Shown: positions 1 through 9,878, counted from the stretch's first letter. The stretch: DNA of 64,000 nt from Thermoplasmatota archaeon (GCA_029259115.1 JAPDJO010000027.1:1-64000); one strand, 5' to 3'. Made by a program: numbers and translations. The notes: a model not told the origin generated them from the sequence alone.

Positions 1-884
1 CGTTTTTACTACCTCTCACAATCCTTGTAGCACCCATAGTGTTTGCTGTCTTGATATTTTACTATTGTAGAATCACACATGGCTGTCCCTCCGTATTTCC
101 TCATATTACAGGTATTCTTATTGCTATCAGCTGGCTCTTCATCTATATTAAAGGTTTTGTTAAATCATCACTTACCAGCAGATACCAACCATACGGATTT
201 AAGTTCTATCGAAATCTCGTCCATCGCTCCTATAAAAAGTTCATCCTGAACAATTTAAGATGCCCTCACTGTAACGGTAGATTTGCTGACTATCGAAAGA
301 TAAGAGATGATGCTATCTGGTTTTGTGATTTTGCCTATATTTGCAGCTCTTGTGGCAGAGAGTATGTCCCTGAGAATGTTATCGAAACTGATCATCCGAG
401 TATAAGAACTCTATGGACATTGAAAGAAGTGAAGAGGAGTGTCTATCTCGATATAAAAGATGTTTATTCAAAGCCAGCAAGATTTGGCAAAGGAAAAACA
501 CTTTATATTCGTATTGTTGTCAAAAACAGATCAAAGTCTAAAGTATGGATATGCTACCCCTACGTAGTTACTGATAAAGGGAAAAAACATACTTGCATCT
601 TTGATAGATACATAGACAGAATGGAAAGCGCAGAGGAAGGATCTCCAATAGACATTCCGCCTAATACAACTATGGATCTAATAGCTCACACTTGTGATAG
701 CGAGGAGATAAGTGATCCTCTTTTGCCAGGTGAAGTGCCTCTTAAGTTTACTTACAGTACGTACTATGATAAAGGTCCAAGTCCTCCACCGGAATATAGC
801 ATCGAGATACCAGAAAAATTGATTAGGAAGTTGGTATGCGGGCGCCGGGATTCGAACCCGGGCAGAGGGCTTGGAAGGCCCTAA
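1..884 (+). CDS. Hypothetical membrane protein (5'-truncated by window): TM helices, zinc ribbon, DUF4352-like beta domain
   Basis: Frame is open from the window start. Hydrophobic N-terminus, CPHC...CSSC, then YIRIVVKNRSK...VVTDKGK. The last ~16 codons are antisense tRNA-Gly. Confidence 0.6.
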   Translation, partial: FLLPLTILVAPIVFAVLIFYYCRITHGCPSVFPHITGILIAISWLFIYIKGFVKSSLTSRYQPYGFKFYRNLVHRSYKKFILNNLRCPHCNGRFADYRKIRDDAIWFCDFAYICSSCGREYVPENVIETDHPSIRTLWTLKEVKRSVYLDIKDVYSKPARFGKGKTLYIRIVVKNRSKSKVWICYPYVVTDKGKKHTCIFDRYIDRMESAEEGSPIDIPPNTTMDLIAHTCDSEEISDPLLPGEVPLKFTYSTYYDKGPSPPPEYSIEIPEKLIRKLVCGRRDSNPGRGLGRP

Positions 885-907
885 TCATACCCCTAGATCA
901 CGCCCGC
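837..907 (-). tRNA. tRNA-Gly(TCC)
   Basis: Minus strand GCGGGCG...AGGGC-CTTCCAA-GCCCT...CCGGG-TTCGAAT-CCCGG-CGCCCGC-A forms a full cloverleaf; CCA not encoded. Confidence 0.97.
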
Positions 908-965
908 TTTTTATCATATTATCATAATTACTTCTAATTAAGGTTTCGTTTTCTATCTCTAAGCG

Positions 966-2081
966 TTACAAACTCCTTTCCAAAATATCTCTCAACATCT
1001 CTCTCCTAAAATCAAAATCTATCCTCTTGAGGAAATAGTTTAACTCTTCAAAAACTATCCTTTCCACCTCTCTAAAATCATCCTTACCAAAACCGTAATC
1101 GCTCAATTTTTCATCAAATCCAACCTTTTCTAAAAACTCTTCAAATGCTTTTTCTGCGATTTCAGCTGATCTTACTTTTTTGCCTGTCAGTTCTTCTATA
1201 ATCCTTTGAGAATTACTGGAATGTTTATGTATCCAATATATACTCCTTGCTCCAACTATTGCTAAACCACATCCATGAGGCAAATCTGGATTTATCCCAC
1301 TTAATGCATGCTCTATCGCATGTACTATATGAGCTGGACTCATGTCTAGAGAAATCCCGGCTATCATTGAAGCATAAAGCAAATTATACTTTTCCTCTAA
1401 GCTCTGATCTTTCGGAAGATTTTCTCCTATCAATCTAGCGGATTCGAATGATAAGGTTTCAACGAATGGATTTGTAGATTTTGCGGTTACCGCTTCATAT
1501 GCGTGGAAAAATGCATCTATTGAAGTATAGATGGATTGTTTCTCTGGTAGAGTTGATAAATATCTTGGATCATCAAAACTAACATTTGGATATCTTGCAG
1601 ATATACCTACCTTGCTTTTATTCTCTGTAAGCACGGCATACCTATCTATCTCGCTCCCTGTGCCGTGAGTTAAATTTATTACAAATAGAGGCAGATACCT
1701 TTTGATTTCCATGCCTTTCAGATAATCGCTTGCGCATCCACCGTTCAAAGCTATTATAGAAGATACTTTCGCCACATCTATCGTGCTTCCTCCACCGATA
1801 GCAATTATACAATCACTACTCTCCCTCCATACCATCTCTGCAAGATCGTCAGCGACATCAACGGTTGGGTTTGGCTTAACCCTGTCAAAGATTTTATAAT
1901 CTATTCCAGCTTTCTTCAATAATTTCTCAACATCATCCAAGGCGCCACTCAACCTAGCGGAATTTCTTCCAGTTGCTATGATGGCTTGTCTAATTCCTCC
2001 AAGATGCCTCGTCAAATTCCTGATAACATCTCTACCAAAGTAGAGTTTAGTACCACCGTATCTCAATTCGAAGTTTTTCAT
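966..2081 (-). CDS. Iron-containing alcohol dehydrogenase
   Basis: GGGSTID, THGTGSE, DAFFHAYE, HAIEH and PHG metal/NAD motifs. Confidence 0.92.
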   Translation of the reverse strand: MKNFELRYGGTKLYFGRDVIRNLTRHLGGIRQAIIATGRNSARLSGALDDVEKLLKKAGIDYKIFDRVKPNPTVDVADDLAEMVWRESSDCIIAIGGGSTIDVAKVSSIIALNGGCASDYLKGMEIKRYLPLFVINLTHGTGSEIDRYAVLTENKSKVGISARYPNVSFDDPRYLSTLPEKQSIYTSIDAFFHAYEAVTAKSTNPFVETLSFESARLIGENLPKDQSLEEKYNLLYASMIAGISLDMSPAHIVHAIEHALSGINPDLPHGCGLAIVGARSIYWIHKHSSNSQRIIEELTGKKVRSAEIAEKAFEEFLEKVGFDEKLSDYGFGKDDFREVERIVFEELNYFLKRIDFDFRREMLRDILERSL

Positions 2082-2204
2082 AGTTCGAATCTCCTCCCTT
2101 GCAGAGGATATAGATCCCTATTTTAAATGTTGTCCTGATAATCCGAGTTATACAATAAAACCTTTTATATTACGATTTATTTCCCCAGATAAGGCGTGGT
2201 GTAG

Positions 2205-3035
2205 ATGGTGGCATTTACAGAATGGTACGAGGGCGGATACGGTGTGAGTTTTAGAATAAAAGGTAAGGTTTTTGAGAAGAAATCAAAGTATCAAAAGATA
2301 GAGGTATACGAAACCGAGGGATTTGGAAGAATGCTTGTTATAGATGGTGCTATCCAGTTTATAGAAAAATGGGAAAAGATGTATCATGAGATCCTGGTTC
2401 ATCCAGTAATGTTGGCGCATCCAAATCCAGAAAATGTGTTGATAATAGGCGGTGGTGATGGTGGAGCATTAAGAGAGGTTCTGTTACATGAAACCGTTAA
2501 AAAAGCAAAGGTTGTGGAGATAGATAAAGAGGTTGTTGATACAGTTAAGAAATACATACCTATAGATAATGGTGCGTTTGACAACGGTAGGAGTGAGTTG
2601 ATCATTGATGATGGGATAAAGTTTGTCAAAGAAAGCAAAGATAAGTACGATGTGATCATCATAGATTCTACGGATCCAAAAGGACCTGCTGAGGAACTCT
2701 TCAATGTTCCTTTTTATAAAGATTGTTATAGAATATTGAAGGATAAAGGTCTAGTAGTAACTCAATCTGGCGGAGCATATTTCGATACCAAAGTGAGCAT
2801 AAGGGTTGCAAAGAACATGAAGGAGGTTTTTGACAAGGTGCATCCCTTCTTTTTCTCTGTGATAGGTTATGCTCCGTCTTGGGGATTCTCTGTAGGAGTT
2901 AAAGGAGATATAGATTTCTTGAAGATAGACGAGAAAAGAGGAAGCAGTATAAAAACAGAATATTATGACCCAGAATATCATGAAAGGATGCTGTTTCTTC
3001 CTAGGAAGATGAGAGAAACTATAGAGAGCCTATAA
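2205..3035 (+). CDS. speE: Polyamine aminopropyltransferase (spermidine synthase)
   Basis: SKYQKI, YHEILVH, LIIGGGDGG, VEID and DSTDP motifs. Confidence 0.95.
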   Translation: MVAFTEWYEGGYGVSFRIKGKVFEKKSKYQKIEVYETEGFGRMLVIDGAIQFIEKWEKMYHEILVHPVMLAHPNPENVLIIGGGDGGALREVLLHETVKKAKVVEIDKEVVDTVKKYIPIDNGAFDNGRSELIIDDGIKFVKESKDKYDVIIIDSTDPKGPAEELFNVPFYKDCYRILKDKGLVVTQSGGAYFDTKVSIRVAKNMKEVFDKVHPFFFSVIGYAPSWGFSVGVKGDIDFLKIDEKRGSSIKTEYYDPEYHERMLFLPRKMRETIESL

Positions 3036-3858
3036 GAGATTTGACAACATCCAGATTTTCCTTATCACTTCTTTTACCATCCATAGGCGTTTCAAGTATC
3101 ATTGGCTTATCCTTAAGATGTCTATGATTAACTACTCTTCTAAACCCCTCCAAACCTATTCTTCCTAGACCTATATGCTCATGTCGATCTATATTCGATC
3201 CCAATTCCCCTTTAGAATCATTGAGATGTATAAGCTTCAATTTTTTGATTCCAATCATAGAATCAAAACTCCTCAATGTATCTTCGAGTCCCTCTTCACT
3301 ACTGACATCATATCCTGCTGAGTATAAATGACAAGTATCGAAGGCTACTCCGCATGCAACAACTGAATTTTCTATGATATAGGTTAGATGTTCAAACCTT
3401 GATCCTATTATATTTCGGGCGCCTGCCGTCGTCTCTAATAAGATTTCAAGACCATCGAGATGATCAGATAAGGAATCCAAGGCGTTAACAATATTCTTTA
3501 AGCCAAGTTTCTCGCCTTTACCAAGATGAGAACCGGGATGTATGACTATGTACCTTAGTCCAAGTAATTTAGCAAACTCAGCCTCTCTCTTTATAGATTC
3601 TAGACTTCTCTGATAGACTTCTTTATTTGGAGATGCGAGATTTACAAGATACGACTGGTGGATAAATATTGGCCTAATGTCCTCTGATCTATACCTTCTT
3701 CTAAATTCCTTGACTTCCTCCTCTGTAGGTATCGGAAATTTCCAACTTCTTGGGGAATGGGAAAATATCTGAGTACAATTGCAGCCTAGAGATTTAGCGA
3801 GATCAAATATCCTTGATATCCCTTTTGCGATGGAAAGGTGGACACCTAATCTATGCAT
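3019..3858 (-). CDS. nfo: Endonuclease IV
   Basis: GVHLSI, YLVNLAS, HPGS, LETTAG, DTCH, HLNDSK, DRHEHIG and ILETP motifs. Confidence 0.95.
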   Translation of the reverse strand: MHRLGVHLSIAKGISRIFDLAKSLGCNCTQIFSHSPRSWKFPIPTEEEVKEFRRRYRSEDIRPIFIHQSYLVNLASPNKEVYQRSLESIKREAEFAKLLGLRYIVIHPGSHLGKGEKLGLKNIVNALDSLSDHLDGLEILLETTAGARNIIGSRFEHLTYIIENSVVACGVAFDTCHLYSAGYDVSSEEGLEDTLRSFDSMIGIKKLKLIHLNDSKGELGSNIDRHEHIGLGRIGLEGFRRVVNHRHLKDKPMILETPMDGKRSDKENLDVVKSLIGSL

Positions 3859-4195
3859 CTCCTAGGAATTCTTCCAATGCCTTCTTCACCTCTACAACAT
3901 AAGTCATTGCTGGGCCGCCGCCCATAAGTATAGCTACAGATGCAGCCTCAAGTATCTCTTCTTTTGTCGCCCCAGCTTTTAGAGCTTTCTCAACATGTAT
4001 GGCTATACAATATTTGCATCTCGCTGTGATGGCTGTTCCAATTGCTATCAATTCTTTGGTCTTTGTGTCGAGTTTTCCCTCTTTAAGCACAGAGCCCATG
4101 AACTCCTTAAAGCACCTTATCGTCTCTGGCTGCTCCTTTGACATTAGCTTGAGCATATCCATTACCTGCTCTACGGCTTCTTTCATCTCTCCCAT
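3851..4195 (-). CDS. Carboxymuconolactone decarboxylase/AhpD-family protein
   Basis: LDTKTKELIAI...CKYCIAIH...GATKEEILEA...GGGPA. Confidence 0.9.
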   Translation of the reverse strand: MGEMKEAVEQVMDMLKLMSKEQPETIRCFKEFMGSVLKEGKLDTKTKELIAIGTAITARCKYCIAIHVEKALKAGATKEEILEAASVAILMGGGPAMTYVVEVKKALEEFLGDA

Positions 4196-4299
4196 TTAGA
4201 TCACCTCTCTTTGTCTTAACATGAAAATAGATGACGCTTATTAGTGCTTTGGATTTTTATTAACATTTATATAGCAAATTGATTAATATTAAAAATGTG

Positions 4300-5343
4300 A
4301 TGAAATCTATCCTGGCATTAACTATTGCCTCAATTTTCATACTCGCTGCAGTATCACATGGATGCGAGAAAGGAGATAATGGAACATTATATCATGTAAG
4401 AACTCCAGATGGAGTGTACATAAATCTCTACAGATATGAAAATAATGGTACACCTCTTCTTCTCATACCGGGTATGTTTGAAAACCATCTCATCTTTGAT
4501 TTTCCTGGCAAAAGCTTTGCGAGATTCTTGTATAGTAAGGGTTTTGATGTATGGATATTAGATCTAAGATCTCATGATGGAGACGGAGATCCCTTGTTTG
4601 ATAGAGAACGCATAGAGAAAAATTGGGACTTTGATAACACCTATCTCAAGAAAGATCTGGTGACGGCTATAAGCTTTGTAAAGAATGAAACAGGAAGAAA
4701 AATTGTAATCATTGGTCATAGCATGGGAGGATATCTAGGTTATGCTTATCTGGAGATTTATGGTGATGAAAACATTTCTGCTCTAGTTACGATAGCTTCA
4801 TCTGGTGTAGCTTACAGAATAGATCTTATTACAAAACTCTTAAGACTTCCTTATGGAATGAAGGTTGGAAACAGAGTATTTGTATCCAGATTTTCTCCAG
4901 CCTATCTCGATTTAAATAACAACCCTCTATTCAGATGTGGCGTAAGATCTGAATGTTTCCATAATTTCAAAACATCCTTCAAGATATCAAGAAGATTTAT
5001 ATTAGCACTGGATAGAGAGCCGGCAGGCGTAGTAGTGGATATGATGTATGGATTTGACAAGAACTTGAAGAATGGCCATTGGGTTGATCCACAAACTTTT
5101 TATGACTACACTGAAAATCTATCAAAAATAAACGTTCCTGTTCTTCTTATAGCAGGCTCCAAGGATCTGTCAGATTCGGCAGAGAATATACAAAAGACTT
5201 TTGATATGATAGGTAGTAGAAATAAGACTCTTTATATAATTCCAGATTATGGACATGTTGATCTTCTTTTGGGCAAAAATGCGGAAGTAGACGTATACAT
5301 TAAGATAAAAGACTGGCTAGATAGTCTAATCCTTCCTGAATGA
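4300..5343 (+). CDS. Secreted alpha/beta hydrolase (lipase/esterase-like)
   Basis: Signal-like N-terminus from ATG 4300, GHSMGG nucleophile elbow, GSKD and YGHVDLL. Confidence 0.85.
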   Translation: MKSILALTIASIFILAAVSHGCEKGDNGTLYHVRTPDGVYINLYRYENNGTPLLLIPGMFENHLIFDFPGKSFARFLYSKGFDVWILDLRSHDGDGDPLFDRERIEKNWDFDNTYLKKDLVTAISFVKNETGRKIVIIGHSMGGYLGYAYLEIYGDENISALVTIASSGVAYRIDLITKLLRLPYGMKVGNRVFVSRFSPAYLDLNNNPLFRCGVRSECFHNFKTSFKISRRFILALDREPAGVVVDMMYGFDKNLKNGHWVDPQTFYDYTENLSKINVPVLLIAGSKDLSDSAENIQKTFDMIGSRNKTLYIIPDYGHVDLLLGKNAEVDVYIKIKDWLDSLILPE

Positions 5344-6003
5344 TAGACTGGCTATTCCTATACCAACAGATATTGCTATAGAAGCAACAGGTGGTGTGTG
5401 ATAAATAACTTCACTTGTTCCGAGTATATAGCTTGAAATGACGGCAAAAAGCATACCTACAGTGAAATATATAGCTTTTTTTCTCAAATCAGGTTCTTCC
5501 AATTTTTCTAAGCTTTTCATCAAGAATATGAAACCAAAAAGGAGTGGGAAGAATAATATTAACACACTAACAACATATAAAACATCATTGTAAACAATAT
5601 GGATATATCTAATTCCATCGAATGTCCTCTCTTCAGTACCAACGAATATTTCTATAAAGAGAGATGAAACGAGACCTAGAAATATGGGAATAAGAAGAAG
5701 TAGGGAAAGCATCTTTTCCGAGAGGGGGTTCATCAGAGAATATGAAAAATATAAAAAAATAAAAGCGACGATGAAAGATACAAAAAGGACACCATATTGC
5801 AAGGATAGGGCTACATCACCATGTGTAAGCTGAGTTAAACCATCGAGCAAACTCCAGCAGCCAGCAGAAAACACAAGATAACTTAACATCTTCCTATTGA
5901 TATTTTTACTCCTATACAAGTAAAAGGTTTCGATGTAACAGAATGCAGAAGCGAGAAAATACGACAGTACCCATACTTGAAACTGCATCGAAGATGAAAT
6001 CAC
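5326..6003 (-). CDS. Stand-alone 7TM membrane protein resembling the histidine kinase N-terminal 7TM sensor domain
   Basis: About 7 hydrophobic helices, YRSKNINR loop after TM1; last gene of the kinase operon. Confidence 0.65.
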   Translation of the reverse strand: MISSSMQFQVWVLSYFLASAFCYIETFYLYRSKNINRKMLSYLVFSAGCWSLLDGLTQLTHGDVALSLQYGVLFVSFIVAFIFLYFSYSLMNPLSEKMLSLLLLIPIFLGLVSSLFIEIFVGTEERTFDGIRYIHIVYNDVLYVVSVLILFFPLLFGFIFLMKSLEKLEEPDLRKKAIYFTVGMLFAVISSYILGTSEVIYHTPPVASIAISVGIGIASLSFRKD

Positions 6004-6012
6004 AAAAGCTCT

Positions 6013-7125
6013 TTAAGTGCTTTCCTCAAAAAATGTTTTGACTCTCTCTCTAACCTCCTCTTCATGCGTTAGCTTTATCTCTTCTCCAGGTTTTGGAGGA
6101 AGAACGAAGTAAAAAGTTGATCCTTTATTTGGTTTGCTCTCACACCACATCTTACCGCCGTGGGCTTCGATTATACCCTTAGATATTGCCAAACCCAAGC
6201 CAACGCCGCCTGTTTTTCTTGATCTCCAACTATCGGCTTGGAAAAAAGGCTTGAAAACATTCTTCTGTTCTTCTTCACTCATACCCACGCCTGTATCTTT
6301 TACAGAGACCATCGCACCATCACCGTATCTTTTGAGATTCACTTCTATTTCCCCAGAATCCGTGAATTTTATCGCGTTGGTTATCAGGTTCTGAATCACT
6401 TGCGTTATTTTATCCTTATCAAACTCTATCTCTACATCCTCTAAGTTCGATCTCAAAGTTAAGCCTTTTTCCTCTATATATGGCTTTAGGAAATCGAGAG
6501 TATTCTTTATTATCTCAGATAGATTCTCTTTAGATGGCGAAAGTTTCAGTCTTCCAGACTGTATCCTGGATATCTCCAAAAGTTCCTGAAGTAAGCGATT
6601 CAATCTGTCGGTATTTCTCTCTATCATTTGTAAGCTTTTAATCTGTTTATCGTTTAATTTTCCAAGATAGCCTTTGAGGAGGAGCTGAAGTTGAGACTTA
6701 ATAGGGGTTAGGGGCGTCCTCAACTCATGAGATGTTATACTAAGAAATTGAGTTTTTGCCTCATCAAGCTCTTTTAATTCTTTTATCACTCTGCTAACTT
6801 CTCTCCCCATGCTGTTAAAAGCTCTTCCAAGAACCTCCAAGTCATCTCCTGTATTAATTTCTACAGGTTCAAATTCACCTTGCTCCATCTTCCTCACAGC
6901 ATTTACCAGCTTATCTATGGGCTCGGTAATATGTAAAGATAAGAACTTGGCTATCAGAAGAGAGGTTAGGATAGTTGAAATGAGTATCATTGCTACACTA
7001 AATGCGAGTTTTGGTGTCAGATCTCTGCCTATAGCAGGTACGAGTAAAGCGGATAGTATAACTAGTGGCAGGATCGCGGAGAATACCAGAGAGATGTATA
7101 ATTTCTTTGATATCGTAAGTGCCAT
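6013..7125 (-). CDS. Sensor histidine kinase (2 TM, HAMP, HisKA, HATPase_c)
   Basis: HAMP (ITEPIDKL...DDLEVLGRAFNSM), H-box SHELRTPL, NLITNAIKFT, DTGVG, GVGLGL. Confidence 0.95.
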   Translation of the reverse strand: MALTISKKLYISLVFSAILPLVILSALLVPAIGRDLTPKLAFSVAMILISTILTSLLIAKFLSLHITEPIDKLVNAVRKMEQGEFEPVEINTGDDLEVLGRAFNSMGREVSRVIKELKELDEAKTQFLSITSHELRTPLTPIKSQLQLLLKGYLGKLNDKQIKSLQMIERNTDRLNRLLQELLEISRIQSGRLKLSPSKENLSEIIKNTLDFLKPYIEEKGLTLRSNLEDVEIEFDKDKITQVIQNLITNAIKFTDSGEIEVNLKRYGDGAMVSVKDTGVGMSEEEQKNVFKPFFQADSWRSRKTGGVGLGLAISKGIIEAHGGKMWCESKPNKGSTFYFVLPPKPGEEIKLTHEEEVRERVKTFFEEST

Positions 7126-7128
7126 GGA

Positions 7129-7653
7129 TCAACCCTTTACTACCTTATCAACAAATATACCTATCTCTTTCAGGAAATCTTTATGCTCGTTAACATCTGC
7201 AGCAAATATCAACGACTTAAATCTCGATTCTCTTATCTTGTTGGCCATATTCAGTATAAATCTAGCAACAATGGGCTTATCCTGATAAACTAGAAGAGTA
7301 GTTAGGGAATCTAAAATGATGTAACCTTTTTTTCTCTTACTGAGTATACCGCTAAGAACGAAAGAGAGATCTGACAATGCTTTAGGTGAATCTATGTAGA
7401 TGATATCATCTTTATCCCTGACATCTCTTATTGTTCTTGTTATACAATCAACTATAATCAAGTTCTTAAATTCTATCGATTTATCCTTGAGAAAGTTCTC
7501 CAATGAGGATGCCGTCTTGTTTAATGTTATATAAACCAGATTTCCATCGTTAGGTAACGATTTGAGAGCCTCTATCACTGCATCATTGTATCTTGAACTA
7601 TCTATTATGAAAAGAATAACTTTATTTTCTTCCAAGTGTTTCAAGATGTCCAT
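7129..7653 (-). CDS. Degenerate KaiC/RecA-like ATPase-fold protein (DUF835-like)
   Basis: LVYITLNK, IIVDCIT, IILDSLTTLL (Walker-B-like); no intact Walker A. Confidence 0.65.
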   Translation of the reverse strand: MDILKHLEENKVILFIIDSSRYNDAVIEALKSLPNDGNLVYITLNKTASSLENFLKDKSIEFKNLIIVDCITRTIRDVRDKDDIIYIDSPKALSDLSFVLSGILSKRKKGYIILDSLTTLLVYQDKPIVARFILNMANKIRESRFKSLIFAADVNEHKDFLKEIGIFVDKVVKG

Positions 7654-7654
7654 A

Positions 7655-8029
7655 CTACCTCAACACCGCCTTTATCTTAGAAAGGAGTTCATCCAATTCA
7701 AACGGTTTTTGGATAAAGTCAACCACTTTTTCCCTAGAAAGTAATTCTTCCTTTTCTGCTTCGGTCATTCCTACGGCTGTTATGAATATTATCTTTGTAT
7801 CCTTGAGTCTCTCGTCCTGCTCGATTTGATCCAAAATCTCTTTTGTTGTTAAACCTGGCATCATTATATCCAGAAGTATGATATCTGGAATGATGTCATC
7901 GAGTTTCTCTAAGCATTCATTCCCATTTCTAGCTGTGAATACTGTATACCCTTCAAGGTTTAATATTTCTGAAATCGTTTCTAGAATATCGGGTTCATCG
8001 TCAACAACTAGTATTATCTTCTTATCCAT
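7655..8029 (-). CDS. Single-domain response regulator (REC)
   Basis: ILVVDDE, LLDIMMP, FITA and KPF motifs. Confidence 0.95.
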   Translation of the reverse strand: MDKKIILVVDDEPDILETISEILNLEGYTVFTARNGNECLEKLDDIIPDIILLDIMMPGLTTKEILDQIEQDERLKDTKIIFITAVGMTEAEKEELLSREKVVDFIQKPFELDELLSKIKAVLR

Positions 8030-8071
8030 AGTCGCCCCTCCTGATTTTACATATGTCTCTGACTTAAATAA

Positions 8072-8506
8072 TTATCTTTTACCAAATCGTGTTACGAGTT
8101 CAGTCCTTTCTATCACGTGACCTCTCATCTCTTTTTTGATTTTCCTTATACTTGCTCCTTCTTTGAGATTAAGAAACTTATCAATTGCATAAACTTCAAA
8201 CACATACCTATGCACACCGCAAGGAGGGCACGGAGGAAAATATTCCTTCTTAAATAGAGAGTTTCTCCCTTTCTTGAATCTTTGTTCATTCTCCCTTATC
8301 TTCCCGGTACTCGCTGGTATATCATACAAGATCCAATGTATGAATGTCTTAAGAGGAGCATCTGGATCGAACATTATCAAGACCAAACTTTTTGCATCTT
8401 TCGGAACATCTTTTATTTCTAGAGGCGGAGAAAATCCTTCTCCTCTACAAGTGTATCTCTCTGGCAAAATGTTTCCATTTTTAAGTGTAGGACAGATTAA
8501 TATCAT
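8072..8506 (-). CDS. YbhB/YbcL (PEBP/Raf kinase inhibitor-like) protein
   Basis: SPPL, DPDAP...FIHW, PPCPP, HRYVFEVYA. Start moved to ATG 8506, which overlaps the upstream TGA. Confidence 0.9.
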   Translation of the reverse strand: MILICPTLKNGNILPERYTCRGEGFSPPLEIKDVPKDAKSLVLIMFDPDAPLKTFIHWILYDIPASTGKIRENEQRFKKGRNSLFKKEYFPPCPPCGVHRYVFEVYAIDKFLNLKEGASIRKIKKEMRGHVIERTELVTRFGKR

Positions 8507-8658
8507 TTGCCTCCACCGATATCTATAATATAGCCACAATCCTCACATTTTAAAAATAACTTTCGCCTTGGGATTAAACCATCTGTTGACCATGGAAGCA
8601 TGGCAACTATAACCAAATTTTCACTTTTACATCTTGGGCATCTGTTTAATTTTTCCAC
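8503..8658 (-). CDS. Small zinc-ribbon protein (51 aa, not in ORF track)
   Basis: GTG-start ORF MEKLNRCPRCKSENL...LKCEDCGYIIDIGGGK; its TGA overlaps the YbhB ATG (ATGA). Confidence 0.7.
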   Translation of the reverse strand: MEKLNRCPRCKSENLVIVAMLPWSTDGLIPRRKLFLKCEDCGYIIDIGGGK

Positions 8659-8700
8659 TATACCAGAAAAGTTTTATCCATTAATTTACTTTGTCTAGAG

Positions 8701-9795
8701 ATGAGAGAAATCCAAGATAAAGATATAAAGAGATTAGCCAACATATATGATCCAGAGAGCAAGGATACATTTGTCAGTGTCTACATAAATCTCAATACAA
8801 ACTTCAGAAATTTTTTGAACAAGAGGATAAATGCATGCAGAAATCTACTCAAAAAAGATAGCTATCTTCTGGAAAATTTCAACAGGGCTATCGAGATCAT
8901 AGAAGAATCTATAGAGAATAACAGAAAACAAGAATCCCTGATTATCTTTGCATCCCATGTGAGAGATTTCTTTGAGATATATTACTCATCGAAGGATGTA
9001 GAAAATCTACTGGTAGTTGACACATCTCCATACATACGACCTGCCATCGAAATCTTGGAAAACTACAGAAAGATTGGTCTAATTCTAATGAATACTAACA
9101 GAGTAAAAATGTTTGTCCTTTACCAAGAAAAATTGATACCGAGAAAGAAATTGTCAGAAGATATACTAAATAGGCACAAGAAAGGTGGCTGGTCGCAGGC
9201 CAGGTTTCAAAGAATCAGGAAGGAAGAAATAAAGAGTTTTATGAAAGAGGTTATAGAATCTTGCAACAGTATATTTCACAATGTTGATAGTATTGTTCTA
9301 GCTGGACCTGGAAACGGAAAGAAGATTTTTCTAGATATGGCTCCAAGTAACTTGAAAGAAAAGATTGTGGATGTTGTCGATCTTGATTTTGATGAAGATG
9401 AGAAGGAGCTGATCAGGATTTTGAATAAAATAGAAGAAAGGGAAGAGGAAGCAGAAGAGGGTATTTTGATAGAAAAGATCAGGAAGGAGATTCTCAGGGA
9501 TGGTTTGGCAGTATATGGAGTAAAAGAGGTTTTGAATGAGGTAATGAAGGGAAAGGTGGATATCATAATGGTGGAGAAAGGTCTTAGAATAAAAGGATGG
9601 ATATGCGAAAGATGTCAGGCAGTAGGAATAGGTAGCAAGAAACTCTGTCCCAATTGCAAAGAAGAAGTATCTGAAGTTGATGTTATTGAAGAGATACTGG
9701 AGTTTTGTGAGAGATTTAATACCAGGATTGTTTTTGTCGAGAAGAGTGAAGCAGAAGATTTAGGAGGTATAGCTGGACTATTGAGATACAAGTGA
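8701..9795 (+). CDS. aRF1/eRF1-superfamily paralogue (baeRF/VLRF1-type, GGWSQ loop)
   Basis: FVSVY, HKKGGWSQARFQR, IVLAGPG, AVYG, CERC/CPNC zinc ribbon and C-terminal GGIAGLLRY. Confidence 0.85.
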   Translation: MREIQDKDIKRLANIYDPESKDTFVSVYINLNTNFRNFLNKRINACRNLLKKDSYLLENFNRAIEIIEESIENNRKQESLIIFASHVRDFFEIYYSSKDVENLLVVDTSPYIRPAIEILENYRKIGLILMNTNRVKMFVLYQEKLIPRKKLSEDILNRHKKGGWSQARFQRIRKEEIKSFMKEVIESCNSIFHNVDSIVLAGPGNGKKIFLDMAPSNLKEKIVDVVDLDFDEDEKELIRILNKIEEREEEAEEGILIEKIRKEILRDGLAVYGVKEVLNEVMKGKVDIIMVEKGLRIKGWICERCQAVGIGSKKLCPNCKEEVSEVDVIEEILEFCERFNTRIVFVEKSEAEDLGGIAGLLRYK

Positions 9796-9878
9796 TCGAA
9801 TCTTCAAATTCGATTATTATATCTCAGAAAACTATTTAAATGCCTTATGTTTAGGAAGATTGCAAAGTTGGGGGAGTT

